The notes: generated by a model from the sequence alone, not told the origin. DNA of 64,000 nt from a virus (IMGVR_UViG_3300020016_000004:1-64000); one strand, 5' to 3'; positions 8,782 through 17,596 are shown, counted from the first letter of the stretch. Numbers and translations: made by a program.

Positions 8782-9027
8782 TTAATCACTCATGTCTGTG
8801 TGAAAAACTATTTTACATTCATCGCAAATAGTCACCACATCTGTACATCTGTTCATAAAAAGAGAATTGTCAAATTCTCTCCAGCGCCTTTAGTTTTGAT
8901 GATTGTTGTGTCCAAGTGACACACAATTTTTTAAGTCTTCGTTGGAAGAAGATATTTGCCATCCGATGTCCCGATAGCCGGGTGGTAATTTCCATTTACC
9001 CGCATTTGGATTTGGTCTATGTGCCAT
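8782..9027 (-). pseudogene. Small Cys/His protein split by in-frame TAA (8890-8892)
   Basis: CVSLGHNNHQN*RRWREFDNS...ICDECKIVFHTDMSD continues in frame to TAA 8782. Confidence 0.55.
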
Positions 9028-9084
9028 GTTTTTTTTTGTTTTAAGATTCTTGTTTTTCCGCCGACAATAATGAATTTTAAAAAA

Positions 9085-9141
9085 CAAGCGGCTCTCTATT
9101 TTAAAGTCCCTGTTATTCCGGCTTCAAGGGACTACCGCTTG
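9085..9141 (-). terminator. Nested hairpin / intrinsic terminator after SSB-like gene
   Basis: CAAGCGG/CCGCTTG outer stem, AGTCCCT/AGGGACT inner stem, T-run downstream on minus. Confidence 0.55.
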
Positions 9142-9158
9142 CCGTTGTTCATGTTAAA

Positions 9159-10022
9159 TTAAAACGGGAGATCGTCTGCCGGATCAGCGTCTTCAGCAGT
9201 TGTTCTGATAACTTTTTTCTCGGCGGACTTAACTCCTCCGGTGTTCGGGGTAATCTTTCCGGGCGTGTGTGCTTCGGTTTCTATTACTTCCGCCGATGGC
9301 TCAACCTTCTCCTCGCCACCTTTCATCTTAAATTCTTTCCACTTCATGTATTCGTCAATCACGCTTTCAGCTTTCCAGTTATTAAAATCTTCTTCGCTGA
9401 TAAAATCGCCAACGGTAATGGCTGCGTACTTCGGTGGATTTTTCTGACGAAATTTTCCCAAATATTCTTTTGCTTTTTTACTGATGGTAGTGTCGGCTTC
9501 AAAGAATGTTTGAGGATTAAGGAGAACATACTTCTCCTGCAATTCTTCTTTGTGAGCGGTGATCTGATCAATGGCGATGGAAAGGTTTGTGGTCACTGCC
9601 ACAAGCCCATCTTCTGTCAGGACAAAAAGAACTTGGCGCTTCTTTAAAATACTTGTGCTGTTTTTGGTGATGTATTCTTCAATGACCGGCATGGCTCCTT
9701 TGGCGACGATAGCATATCCTTTCGGTGATGGCGCAAACAAAGCAATGGATTCATCATTTCTGAAATAGTAGGAAGAGGTATAGTTTCCTCCTTTACTGCC
9801 GAGATTATCAGAATAACTCGATGCCTCCATTGCCTGACCGATCAGGATTCCTTTTATCGGCGGATCAATTAGAGTGTCCTCCTTTTTTTCATTGTCCCAT
9901 GTGACGAATGTTGCTTTTCCGGTAGCATCTTCTTTCAGCTTAATTCTTGCTGCGATTTCTAATTTCGGTACTGCGTTTCCAGCACCTTGACTTTTTGAAA
10001 GCCTGTCCTTGATTGATGTCAT
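9159..10022 (-). CDS. Probable single-stranded DNA-binding protein
   Basis: Acidic C-terminus ADDLPF; adjacent to exonuclease/SSAP pair. Confidence 0.55.
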   Translation of the reverse strand: MTSIKDRLSKSQGAGNAVPKLEIAARIKLKEDATGKATFVTWDNEKKEDTLIDPPIKGILIGQAMEASSYSDNLGSKGGNYTSSYYFRNDESIALFAPSPKGYAIVAKGAMPVIEEYITKNSTSILKKRQVLFVLTEDGLVAVTTNLSIAIDQITAHKEELQEKYVLLNPQTFFEADTTISKKAKEYLGKFRQKNPPKYAAITVGDFISEEDFNNWKAESVIDEYMKWKEFKMKGGEEKVEPSAEVIETEAHTPGKITPNTGGVKSAEKKVIRTTAEDADPADDLPF

Positions 10023-10049
10023 GATTTTTGTTTTTAGAATTAGTACAAT

Positions 10050-10250
10050 TTAATTATGATTATGGATGATCGGCATTCTTACATACAGCTTGTTCCACTT
10101 AGGAACGGTTCTTTTAAGGTGAAGTATTTTCAGTTCATTATATTCGGGCGGAAGCAAAGGATTATTGCAATAAAAGTTTTCCTGCCACACACCGCCGCCA
10201 CACTCGATTTCGAGTTCTGGTTTCTCGAACGCTTTCTGGATTGTTTTCAT
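10050..10250 (-). CDS. Hypothetical protein
   Basis: ORF track; operon packing. Confidence 0.55.
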   Translation of the reverse strand: MKTIQKAFEKPELEIECGGGVWQENFYCNNPLLPPEYNELKILHLKRTVPKWNKLYVRMPIIHNHN

Positions 10251-10270
10251 TGTCGGCGGATGGACAGTAA

Positions 10271-10591
10271 TTAATAGTTTGGATTATAGTTTATTATTTT
10301 AACCGAGAGGTCAGATATTATTTCTTCCACTCGTTTACATTCATTTTCTATGTGAATCAGTTCTGTTTTTTTACACTCAATCTTCACAATTCTTTTCTCC
10401 TTTTTTACCTCTGATCGAATCCTCCAATACCGCCGAATCAAAAAGTCGTAGGTAAGTTTATAGTTAAACTTTTTCTCTACCATTGTTTCAAGCAGGTTTT
10501 CTCTGCGTGTAAAGAGTTCGTCTTTTACATCATCAAAGGTGTAGGTGGGAATAGTGGATTCCATTATAGTATTTTTTTTGCTGCCAAGCAA
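10271..10591 (-). CDS. Hypothetical coiled-coil protein (likely start at MESTIP)
   Basis: ORF track. Confidence 0.6.
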   Translation of the reverse strand: MLGSKKNTIMESTIPTYTFDDVKDELFTRRENLLETMVEKKFNYKLTYDFLIRRYWRIRSEVKKEKRIVKIECKKTELIHIENECKRVEEIISDLSVKIINYNPNY

Positions 10592-10634
10592 CGGTCAATG
10601 TATTGCTCAACGATTTCGGTTTGCTTTTTCGGGT

Positions 10635-11114
10635 TCATGCTTCGTCCAATAACAACGAATCCAAATGTCTTTCAAGTACGCCAGTCACGCTCATTCCAAA
10701 AGACCTAACCAGCTTGGTAAAATTGTCTTTCTTTTCTTTTGAAATCCGTAGATTTATTTGCGCCACCTTGTTGTTGCCACTTTTTTCGGTAAACGGTATT
10801 CTTTTTCGCATTACATTGTAAACAGAACCGTAGTGACTTATTATTAACTCCTCTTCTCGTCTAAATGCTGTTTCTGCATCATCAAATTGATCCACAATCT
10901 CAAGCAACGGCAACAGTCCGGCCCTCTTTAACCCATCAATCCACGCGACCTTTTTCTTGTTACTGTGTTTGTCGCTTATGTGCGCACCCAATCTATTCAA
11001 TGGGTTTTTTGTGCATCCAATATATTTTATAACACGATCAACAGGGCAAATCAACACGTATACTACATATTTTTTTTGTTGCAGCCTAATAATTCGAGAC
11101 CTGTTTGTTTTCAT
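10635..11114 (-). CDS. GIY-YIG nuclease fused to C-terminal ribbon-helix-helix-like domain
   Basis: VYVL...KYIGCTKNPLNRL..H, EEELI; QINLRISKEKKDNF..LVRSFGMSVTGVL. Confidence 0.8.
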   Translation of the reverse strand: MKTNRSRIIRLQQKKYVVYVLICPVDRVIKYIGCTKNPLNRLGAHISDKHSNKKKVAWIDGLKRAGLLPLLEIVDQFDDAETAFRREEELIISHYGSVYNVMRKRIPFTEKSGNNKVAQINLRISKEKKDNFTKLVRSFGMSVTGVLERHLDSLLLDEA

Positions 11115-11251
11115 TTTGAAAGTATGATATATTGATTTCCGATTTTCTTAAACTTCACTTTATTTTTTAAAATAAGAATATGTACCCACTGTCTGCTCTT
11201 CTTTATTTTGGTTGCATAATCTCCTACTGTATATTCTTTCATGTTTTTCAT
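11111..11251 (-). CDS. Small HTH (excisionase-like) DNA-binding protein, 46 aa
   Basis: Hand translation MKNMKEYTVGDYATKIKKSRQWVHILILKNKVKFKKIGNQYII; ATGA overlap with GIY-YIG start. Confidence 0.7.
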   Translation of the reverse strand: MKNMKEYTVGDYATKIKKSRQWVHILILKNKVKFKKIGNQYIILSK

Positions 11252-11257
11252 TGTCGG

Positions 11258-11299
11258 GCGTAAATGTACAATCGTAATTTACGCTTGTCAAGTGTTATT
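11258..11299 (-). promoter_or_regulatory. Promoter AATAACACTTGAC-N17-GTACATTTA with overlapping palindromic operator GCGTAAAT-N11-ATTTACGC
   Basis: Perfect 8-bp inverted repeat 11258-11265/11277-11284; promoter matches 1861-1900. Confidence 0.65.
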
Positions 11300-11364
11300 T
11301 TTTAACTGTTTGATTTTTAGGGTAATTATTTTTCTGGCAATTTTCAAAGATTTTTTTATTGCTA

Positions 11365-12057
11365 TTACTTAATGCGAAGAGACAGCCTATTCGGAGCGAC
11401 TATTACCAATCTTCCGCGACACCAATAGAAACCATTTCCCTCGGCGTAGGAGGCGACCTTTGCCGAACAGCGTTCGATCACACGCTTTGTTCTTGTGATG
11501 TCAACGTACAGGTTCTTTTCAAGCATACGAAGGATGGTGCTTCCCATAGAGGATGAGCAGTTCCATATTTTTGACAATCCTTTTGCAGACAGTATAAATT
11601 GTTGAGTTATTACACCTATATGTTTTGATGTCTTTGAGTGTTTCACCGCTTCTTTGTGATCCACCAAAGTCTTCGCATGGGTTAGGTCAAACTTTTTCTT
11701 TACAATGTACATGCACTGATCGTGCTTTTGTTTTAGTATTTGATAGTATAGGTTTCTTAGAATTATTTTTTCCTTGTGTTCTGTTTTTAAAACAAAATTT
11801 TTGAATTTTTTGCTGATATTTTTAAAGACAAGATTCTTTCCATGATACTCACACCACCCTTGTTCAAAAAATATCTTTATCATCCGGTTGATCTTTGTAA
11901 TGGAATATCCGGTTTTTTCAGAAAGTAATTTTGGTGAGTAATTAAAAATGCAGGAGTTCTTGTACTTGTATTTTACAAATAGAAAAAAGGCAAACTCCTT
12001 CAGGAGCCTGTTGTCTCGGCAAAAATTAAGAATCTTATGTGGTACCCTTATCTCCAT
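11365..12057 (-). CDS. Probable winged-HTH DNA-binding protein (replication or transcription role)
   Basis: LLSEKTGYSITKINRMIK and LSKIWNCSSSMGSTILRML HTH-like segments; start re-set to MEIRV. Confidence 0.5.
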   Translation of the reverse strand: MEIRVPHKILNFCRDNRLLKEFAFFLFVKYKYKNSCIFNYSPKLLSEKTGYSITKINRMIKIFFEQGWCEYHGKNLVFKNISKKFKNFVLKTEHKEKIILRNLYYQILKQKHDQCMYIVKKKFDLTHAKTLVDHKEAVKHSKTSKHIGVITQQFILSAKGLSKIWNCSSSMGSTILRMLEKNLYVDITRTKRVIERCSAKVASYAEGNGFYWCRGRLVIVAPNRLSLRIK

Positions 12058-12263
12058 GTTGCAAAATGGAGAACCCCGCCTTTTTAGGGACGGGGTTGTA
12101 TAGAACACTGAGTTACAAGTGGCACGTTATACGGTGTTGCAGACCGCTATCTTAATTTCTTTGTAAAGATAACTACTTTTTCTATACTTCCTTCTCCGCC
12201 ACAAATAAACTTCAAAATTCCTTTCGATCCGCCGACAATAAAAATTATTTATCAACAGGTTTT

Positions 12264-12653
12264 CTACTCTATAAACAAAACATTCTGCGGAAAGTTCGGA
12301 CTCATGCCAGCATGCAGGGAATTGTTTTTAAAGTTTAGCCCAATGCGATTGAATCCGTTTTTTACTAACGCCGGAATAACCTTGAATGCCTTTTGCGAAT
12401 CCCATTTTCCATCGGACCGGCGCAAGGTTATGTCGAAACACATGGTTGGAATCTCCCGGTGTTCATCCGTTGGAAAGCCTGCTGGATTATCCGGTGTTCT
12501 GTAATTCGATGTAACGGACATCGGAACCCCCGCGTCCGCCCGAGCATTATCAAGGGCTACAATGGCTATTAAACCAACTTTGTCCCAGTCAATTTTTGGA
12601 TCTCGTGCTGGTGAGAAGTATTTCAGAGAGGCAATCGTTTCTTCCCTTGTCAT
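12264..12653 (-). CDS. Endolysin candidate, peptidase M15-like
   Basis: VTSNYRTP, EH, FDI, GFNRIG, LHAG pattern; next to holin-like genes. Confidence 0.72.
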   Translation of the reverse strand: MTREETIASLKYFSPARDPKIDWDKVGLIAIVALDNARADAGVPMSVTSNYRTPDNPAGFPTDEHREIPTMCFDITLRRSDGKWDSQKAFKVIPALVKNGFNRIGLNFKNNSLHAGMSPNFPQNVLFIE

Positions 12654-12919
12654 TCCTTCGCTTTCTCAACCTCTTTTTCAATAGCAGCATTTACATTGTC
12701 GGGCAGAACACGCTCCGCCGCCTCTGGGGTGATTGGCTTGGTGCCTCCGGTAACTTCAGCGTCCTTACTAAAGATCAATCCGACCCCCGTTAATGCGCTT
12801 GCTGCAGCACCCATAATGACGGCAGCGGTGATGACAGGAGCAAATGCCACGGCGGTTATTGCCCCTACGATAGCAAGGACTCCCATGCTGGTCGTCTTCC
12901 ATGATTTTAACTTGAACAT
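12650..12919 (-). CDS. Holin-like membrane protein
   Basis: SWKTT.MG start, two hydrophobic helices, G.GLIFSKD; directly upstream of endolysin. Confidence 0.7.
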   Translation of the reverse strand: MFKLKSWKTTSMGVLAIVGAITAVAFAPVITAAVIMGAAASALTGVGLIFSKDAEVTGGTKPITPEAAERVLPDNVNAAIEKEVEKAKE

Positions 12920-12938
12920 GATGTTTATTTTTAGATTG

Positions 12939-13082
12939 TTAAGGAAATAATTTGCTGATTAAGTATGTCCACACTGAAGCTACGAACCATAATTCCGGTC
13001 GGCTGACATGGAAGAATAGTGTTATGAATGCTATGGAGCACAGAGTCCACGCGATGAGTACAATATATTTTGGAAGAGTCAT
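12939..13082 (-). CDS. Small membrane protein (47 aa, MTLPKYIVLIAW...)
   Basis: Hand translation; two hydrophobic stretches; fills gap in lysis block. Confidence 0.55.
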   Translation of the reverse strand: MTLPKYIVLIAWTLCSIAFITLFFHVSRPELWFVASVWTYLISKLFP

Positions 13083-13099
13083 TTTGCCTTTAATTTTAT

Positions 13100-13327
13100 C
13101 TACCACACAATCCACGGATGCCCCGCTATGGACAGCAATGCATTAATAAGGATGATGAGAACGATGAGTGCAAGCACTACGCGGATGATTTTATTAAATG
13201 GTTCAGGAACCCCGACATACGAAATTGCCCAGGTTATTAACCAAAATATGACACCGGCCACGATAAGCCATATTAATACCGATAACAGTGTGCTACCGGT
13301 GATTACCAATAATGTTGAGAGTACCAT
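13100..13327 (-). CDS. Two-TM membrane protein (Thivi_2564-like)
   Basis: LIWLIVAGVIFWLI.W....VPEPFNKIIRVV pattern. Confidence 0.65.
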   Translation of the reverse strand: MVLSTLLVITGSTLLSVLIWLIVAGVIFWLITWAISYVGVPEPFNKIIRVVLALIVLIILINALLSIAGHPWIVW

Positions 13328-13329
13328 GA

Positions 13330-13572
13330 TTATAGTTTTTTAAGTTTTGATTTATATCCTGCTTTGATTTTAAAGCCTCTTTTGAGCATGTATGCAAGAA
13401 TGAGTGGATCACACACCAGCTCGCAGAAGATGGCTGTAACCTCGTCAATGTTACCGCCATTCATTTTTACCTTTCCACCCTCCAGGCGTGATACGATTGT
13501 CTTTACCTGGTTCCCTTCGCTACGTGCATATTTGGTTGTAGAGATGAGGCTTTTGATTTTTTTTGTTGGCAT
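13330..13572 (-). CDS. Hypothetical protein
   Basis: ORF track. Confidence 0.6.
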   Translation of the reverse strand: MPTKKIKSLISTTKYARSEGNQVKTIVSRLEGGKVKMNGGNIDEVTAIFCELVCDPLILAYMLKRGFKIKAGYKSKLKKL

Positions 13573-13599
13573 GATTGGTTTTTGTTTAGTTTTTTTTTA

Positions 13600-13968
13600 T
13601 TACTTTCTTAACTTATAACAAACGTATGCAATAGAAAATATAATCGCAGCATATTCGGTCCAGTCGAATTTAATCTCATCAGTAAAAATACTTTCAACCA
13701 CTTTGTTAAATGCGAACGAAAGCGCTATTCCCATTATTAAGCTCACCATCCACCACTCAATAGTCAACAAGAACAATGCTCCATAACCAAGCGCATAAGT
13801 AACGCTGTCGCATATCCAGTAGCAGCGCAATCCCGCAGACAGTCCGTAGTGGTGCTTTACCCATACCCATAGGTGGCCTCTTATTAAAAAGTCACACACA
13901 AGGAACGCTACGAGCAAATCACGCGCAGCCACCTGGCGGACATGGTGGATGGGTCCCGATTCTTGCAT
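13600..13968 (-). CDS. Multi-TM membrane protein (start uncertain)
   Basis: Several hydrophobic segments. Confidence 0.6.
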   Translation of the reverse strand: MQESGPIHHVRQVAARDLLVAFLVCDFLIRGHLWVWVKHHYGLSAGLRCYWICDSVTYALGYGALFLLTIEWWMVSLIMGIALSFAFNKVVESIFTDEIKFDWTEYAAIIFSIAYVCYKLRK

Positions 13969-14161
13969 ACGTGCTTATGTTGTCTGCTTTATCATTATAT
14001 TCTTCCTCGTCAATTTCTTCTGCATTTGATTTGATCCATATTTCATCATGATCGGCTTCACTAACCCTGTACACGGTAGATGATTCCATTATCATAATAA
14101 TAGGATCGAGCAGGCTATAATAAAATGTTTCGTACTGTGTTGTTCTTTTGTAGTATGACAT
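13919..14161 (-). CDS. Small acidic protein ending GTHPPCPPGGCA
   Basis: ORF track. Confidence 0.6.
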   Translation of the reverse strand: MSYYKRTTQYETFYYSLLDPIIMIMESSTVYRVSEADHDEIWIKSNAEEIDEEEYNDKADNISTYARIGTHPPCPPGGCA

Positions 14162-14165
14162 TTGA

Positions 14166-14492
14166 CTATGGTTTTAGCATTGTAAAGAAGGTTGCAAGTT
14201 TGGCTAAGATGGCCTTTCCCGATATTCCAGCGGCGACACCAACACCGGTTGCTATTGAGGTGCCGACCACCTTTTGCCTGAAGTTATCATTGGAGAGTTT
14301 GTCTATTTTTTTAGAATACACATCAATTTCTTTTTCCAAGTCGTTGATTTTGTCTTCATGAATTTTTATTTTTCCAATAATGCCAGGGTTGCCGTATTGC
14401 GGATTGCCTATAATATGTTCTTCAAGTCGTTCAAATTCATTCTTGATGATCCTGAATGATTGCACAAGGCTTTGTTCGGCGGACTGGCTCAT
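14166..14492 (-). CDS. Coiled-coil protein with C-terminal TM segment (holin/lysis accessory-like)
   Basis: GNPQYGNPGIIG, heptad region, hydrophobic C-terminus. Confidence 0.6.
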   Translation of the reverse strand: MSQSAEQSLVQSFRIIKNEFERLEEHIIGNPQYGNPGIIGKIKIHEDKINDLEKEIDVYSKKIDKLSNDNFRQKVVGTSIATGVGVAAGISGKAILAKLATFFTMLKP

Positions 14493-14728
14493 AATTTCTT
14501 TTCTTTTCTTTCTTTATCATCACCCCTATTTTCCTGCCTTAATTCTGTTCTGCCCTCGAGATTTCCTGCGTCTTTAGCGTTTGTTAGCTGTACCGACAGC
14601 CCCCCGTTTATGGTTTTATGCACCTCCTCAATTTTTTTTCTGTTCCTTAAAGAAGATACAAATGCAGCAAGCCCCATCAAGGTAGATGGGATAACGAGAA
14701 TAATATCATGCCAGATGGAATCGGTCAT
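14489..14728 (-). CDS. Single-TM protein (holin-like)
   Basis: IILVIPSTLMGLAAFV, EVHKTINGGL. Confidence 0.6.
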   Translation of the reverse strand: MTDSIWHDIILVIPSTLMGLAAFVSSLRNRKKIEEVHKTINGGLSVQLTNAKDAGNLEGRTELRQENRGDDKERKEKKL

Positions 14729-15063
14729 TTCATTAACTCATCAATTTGATCTGTGGACATTTTTATAAGTCCTTTTAAGAATTTTTTTCTCATCGGGCTT
14801 ATCTCAAATTTTCCTTCCGATAGCATAAGGTCAATCTGACCAACCACAACCGAGTTAAATCCTTTGTGAAGATAGTGCATACCCGCAGAAAGGGTTCCCC
14901 CTGTTTTTGCTTCATCCAAATCGGTTGATAGCGAGAGAAGCGTTTCGCGACCCTCTTCCAGTATTGGTTTTGCTTCTTCAAACGTTTTTATTTTGCCGTG
15001 AGCGGTTAATAGCTGTTCGAGTTTGTGAAACTTCTTTTTTGATTCCTGTAATTTGTTTTTCAT
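14725..15063 (-). CDS. Hypothetical helical protein
   Basis: ORF track; start re-set to MKNKLQES. Confidence 0.6.
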   Translation of the reverse strand: MKNKLQESKKKFHKLEQLLTAHGKIKTFEEAKPILEEGRETLLSLSTDLDEAKTGGTLSAGMHYLHKGFNSVVVGQIDLMLSEGKFEISPMRKKFLKGLIKMSTDQIDELMK

Positions 15064-15106
15064 AGAATTATTTTTTAGTATTAGTTTTTGTTCTTTCCCG
15101 GAACGA

Positions 15107-15937
15107 TCAGTTTTTTCTTTTGCCCTTAAAGTTAGCGGTTGATACAGCGGGAGTGGGAACATCTACCGAAACGGGTTGATCGGCCCCAAAAGAATTAGCC
15201 ACTATTGAGGTAAAATGGCCCCCAATAGAAATCCCCGATATCATCATATTATCTGCCTGAAGCAATAATATTGCACTTGACCCACACAATGTTTTAACAT
15301 TAGCCGCTGTTAGAGTAGTGCCGTCTTTAGCAGGAATGATGGTCATTGGACAATTGTCCTGGGGATTACTGCATCCTGTATATATATTATAAGAAATAGT
15401 AACCGGAACACCGTTAACCATTATGCTATTTGGGTAAGCTAAGATATAGGCATCGGGTGCTTTATTAGGACATGCAGGATAGACAAATCCATTATTGGGT
15501 GCTGTGAAGGTTGTATAGCCCCCCCACACCTGTCTATTGTTAGGAACATAAGGAGTATTGTATAGCCTTACAACATATCGGTGAGGTAGTCCATCTCCAA
15601 CATCTCCTGTTCCATAATCATTTGCAGTTAAATTCCCAAACGGAATAGTAATTGATGTTCCGGTTCCTTTAGCAATCTTTACATAAATACCATCATCAAA
15701 AATTATCCAATACGGATTGCAGTTGTTGTCATAGACATTAAGGGTTTCCATGCAATGTTGAGCGGGGTTTGTTGATGCCTGCTTCTCAATGGTAAAGTAG
15801 GTCATGTTTGTCGGAGGATCGGTAATTGTAACCGTAACTCCGGACGAATTTACAGAGGATGTAACATCTGTGGCGAAACTAACTATCGAGTTAGTCAGCA
15901 TTGCAAAAAAGATAGATACTAAAATTAGTTTTTTCAT
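15107..15937 (-). CDS. Secreted beta-rich protein with signal peptide and paired Cys
   Basis: MKKLILVSIFFAMLTNSIVSFA signal peptide. Confidence 0.7.
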   Translation of the reverse strand: MKKLILVSIFFAMLTNSIVSFATDVTSSVNSSGVTVTITDPPTNMTYFTIEKQASTNPAQHCMETLNVYDNNCNPYWIIFDDGIYVKIAKGTGTSITIPFGNLTANDYGTGDVGDGLPHRYVVRLYNTPYVPNNRQVWGGYTTFTAPNNGFVYPACPNKAPDAYILAYPNSIMVNGVPVTISYNIYTGCSNPQDNCPMTIIPAKDGTTLTAANVKTLCGSSAILLLQADNMMISGISIGGHFTSIVANSFGADQPVSVDVPTPAVSTANFKGKRKN

Positions 15938-16079
15938 TTGTTTTTTTGATTTTAAGATTAAATGATTTGTATTCTTTATGAGATAAAATATATGAACAAA
16001 GCAATGGCGTATAGTATTCCGAGCCACAGTCCTTCGCTGTGATTCCAGTAATTAAAACCGTTGCCCTGTTCGTTATTCA

Positions 16080-16370
16080 TTAAAAACTGTTTTTTCTTAT
16101 TTTTGTTACCAGATCATCCACAACTTCTTCACCTGCCTTTCGATCGGTTGCTTCGGGATAATTGTCAGCGGGCCAATGAATAACTTTTGCAGAAGTAATG
16201 CTCACCCCACTTTCCCTCAATCGCTGAATAAACTCTTCTGCAATGGCTTCAGGGGTTGCTTTACTGAAGCCCCCACCTGTATTCGTGAAATCAACTATTT
16301 CACCGTCTTTTTTTGTGCGGTCTTGTCCGTGACCACCTACAGCATTAATTACTATTCTGAAATCTCCCAT
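16080..16370 (-). CDS. Hypothetical protein
   Basis: ORF track. Confidence 0.7.
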   Translation of the reverse strand: MGDFRIVINAVGGHGQDRTKKDGEIVDFTNTGGGFSKATPEAIAEEFIQRLRESGVSITSAKVIHWPADNYPEATDRKAGEEVVDDLVTKIRKNSF

Positions 16371-16432
16371 TGGTTTTTGATTTTTATGGTTAAATTATTT
16401 ATGTGATTTAGTTTTACCTTTTTGCGAAGGAA

Positions 16433-16879
16433 TTACTTTTTTCCCCTTCCCTTTGTACCAGACGTAGTGGTGGTTGTGGTTGTTCCGCCTTGCGTAACAG
16501 TTAATTGAGAAAAGGGCATATCTGCATACGGATCACCCAGGTTCACGCTTCCGCCGACAACCTCAATATTCTGTAACTCGTAATTGAACTTATTGCTTAA
16601 CACTACCGGGTAGTCTGTTGAGAGTTTCAGGCACATGATTCCGTGTGTTCCCAATATTACCGACAAGGGAACGATCATCATTCCGTTATCAATTGGGAGC
16701 ATTGTACTTTTTTGAGTAAAGCGATTATAAACAATATCCCATGCCCAAATTTGGGCCGAGGTTTTTCCTTCCAATCCAATGAAGAAAATTTGATGTCCGG
16801 TAAGCACTGGCGGATAATCAGGGTACCGTGGATCTATTCCTGAGAATAGGGGTTCTGTTTTTGAGATTGTTACATTCAT
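16433..16879 (-). CDS. Hypothetical beta-rich protein with poly-Thr tail
   Basis: ORF track. Confidence 0.65.
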   Translation of the reverse strand: MNVTISKTEPLFSGIDPRYPDYPPVLTGHQIFFIGLEGKTSAQIWAWDIVYNRFTQKSTMLPIDNGMMIVPLSVILGTHGIMCLKLSTDYPVVLSNKFNYELQNIEVVGGSVNLGDPYADMPFSQLTVTQGGTTTTTTTSGTKGRGKK

Positions 16880-16884
16880 GGTAT

Positions 16885-17118
16885 TTATTTTTTAGGTTTA
16901 ACTTTTTGCTTTGCTTTGGCAGACTCCGTTAATTTATAATCAATACCCTTGATAAGAGCGCGTAACTGAGCCTTTTTGTTATCGGTGGTCTTGGGGTCTT
17001 TCAGCGCTTTTTCAAGGACCGCTTTGCGCTTTGAGAGCAGGCTTTTGGTTGATGAGGGAAGTTGAGCTACTACCGACAAGGAGATCAATAAGGCGCCGAG
17101 TAAAAATATTTTTTTCAT
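16885..17118 (-). CDS. Small basic protein with signal peptide
   Basis: MKKIFLLGALLISLSVVAQ. Confidence 0.7.
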   Translation of the reverse strand: MKKIFLLGALLISLSVVAQLPSSTKSLLSKRKAVLEKALKDPKTTDNKKAQLRALIKGIDYKLTESAKAKQKVKPKK

Positions 17119-17140
17119 GATATTTATTTTTTGGTTAAAG

Positions 17141-17596
17141 TTATGCGATTTTTTCCCATGTAATTAAGCAGTCAAATGCATGACCTTCTACTGGGGAGTT
17201 CCCTAAACCCGGAAGTAATGTTTCGTTTCCGTTTTCAATAACAGACCCCGGACCCGAAATTAAAGTTATTTTTGAACCTCCTTTATGATAGATTCCGTCT
17301 GCCTTTAATTTAGCATAGCTACCATTTATTAGGTCGTTAAACTGAATGCTTTCGCTGTTCTTAACTCGGTCACGATTTGATGAATCCCTCCACACCAACT
17401 CTCCCCTTAATGTTTTATCAGATTCTCCGTTACCCTCTTTAAATGTGAACTCTACACTTATATCATAGATGCCTTCTTGGTCGGTTCCCAATATCTGATA
17501 AGGGGTGTAGGCGTCTTCTACATATTCGCCCCATACATCACAATTTCTGTCCTGAAATAGAATTGTCTGCTTTAATGTTTTCTTAATAATTATCAT
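17141..17596 (-). CDS. Hypothetical (possibly structural) protein
   Basis: ORF track; follows large fibre gene. Confidence 0.65.
   Translation of the reverse strand: MIIIKKTLKQTILFQDRNCDVWGEYVEDAYTPYQILGTDQEGIYDISVEFTFKEGNGESDKTLRGELVWRDSSNRDRVKNSESIQFNDLINGSYAKLKADGIYHKGGSKITLISGPGSVIENGNETLLPGLGNSPVEGHAFDCLITWEKIA

Noticed and set aside
13330-17118. Lys/Arg-rich C-termini (KGKRKN, KGRGKK, KVKPKK) as T9SS or localisation signals
   Set aside because: Too short for T9SS CTDs and explained by A-rich translation-initiation regions of tightly packed downstream genes
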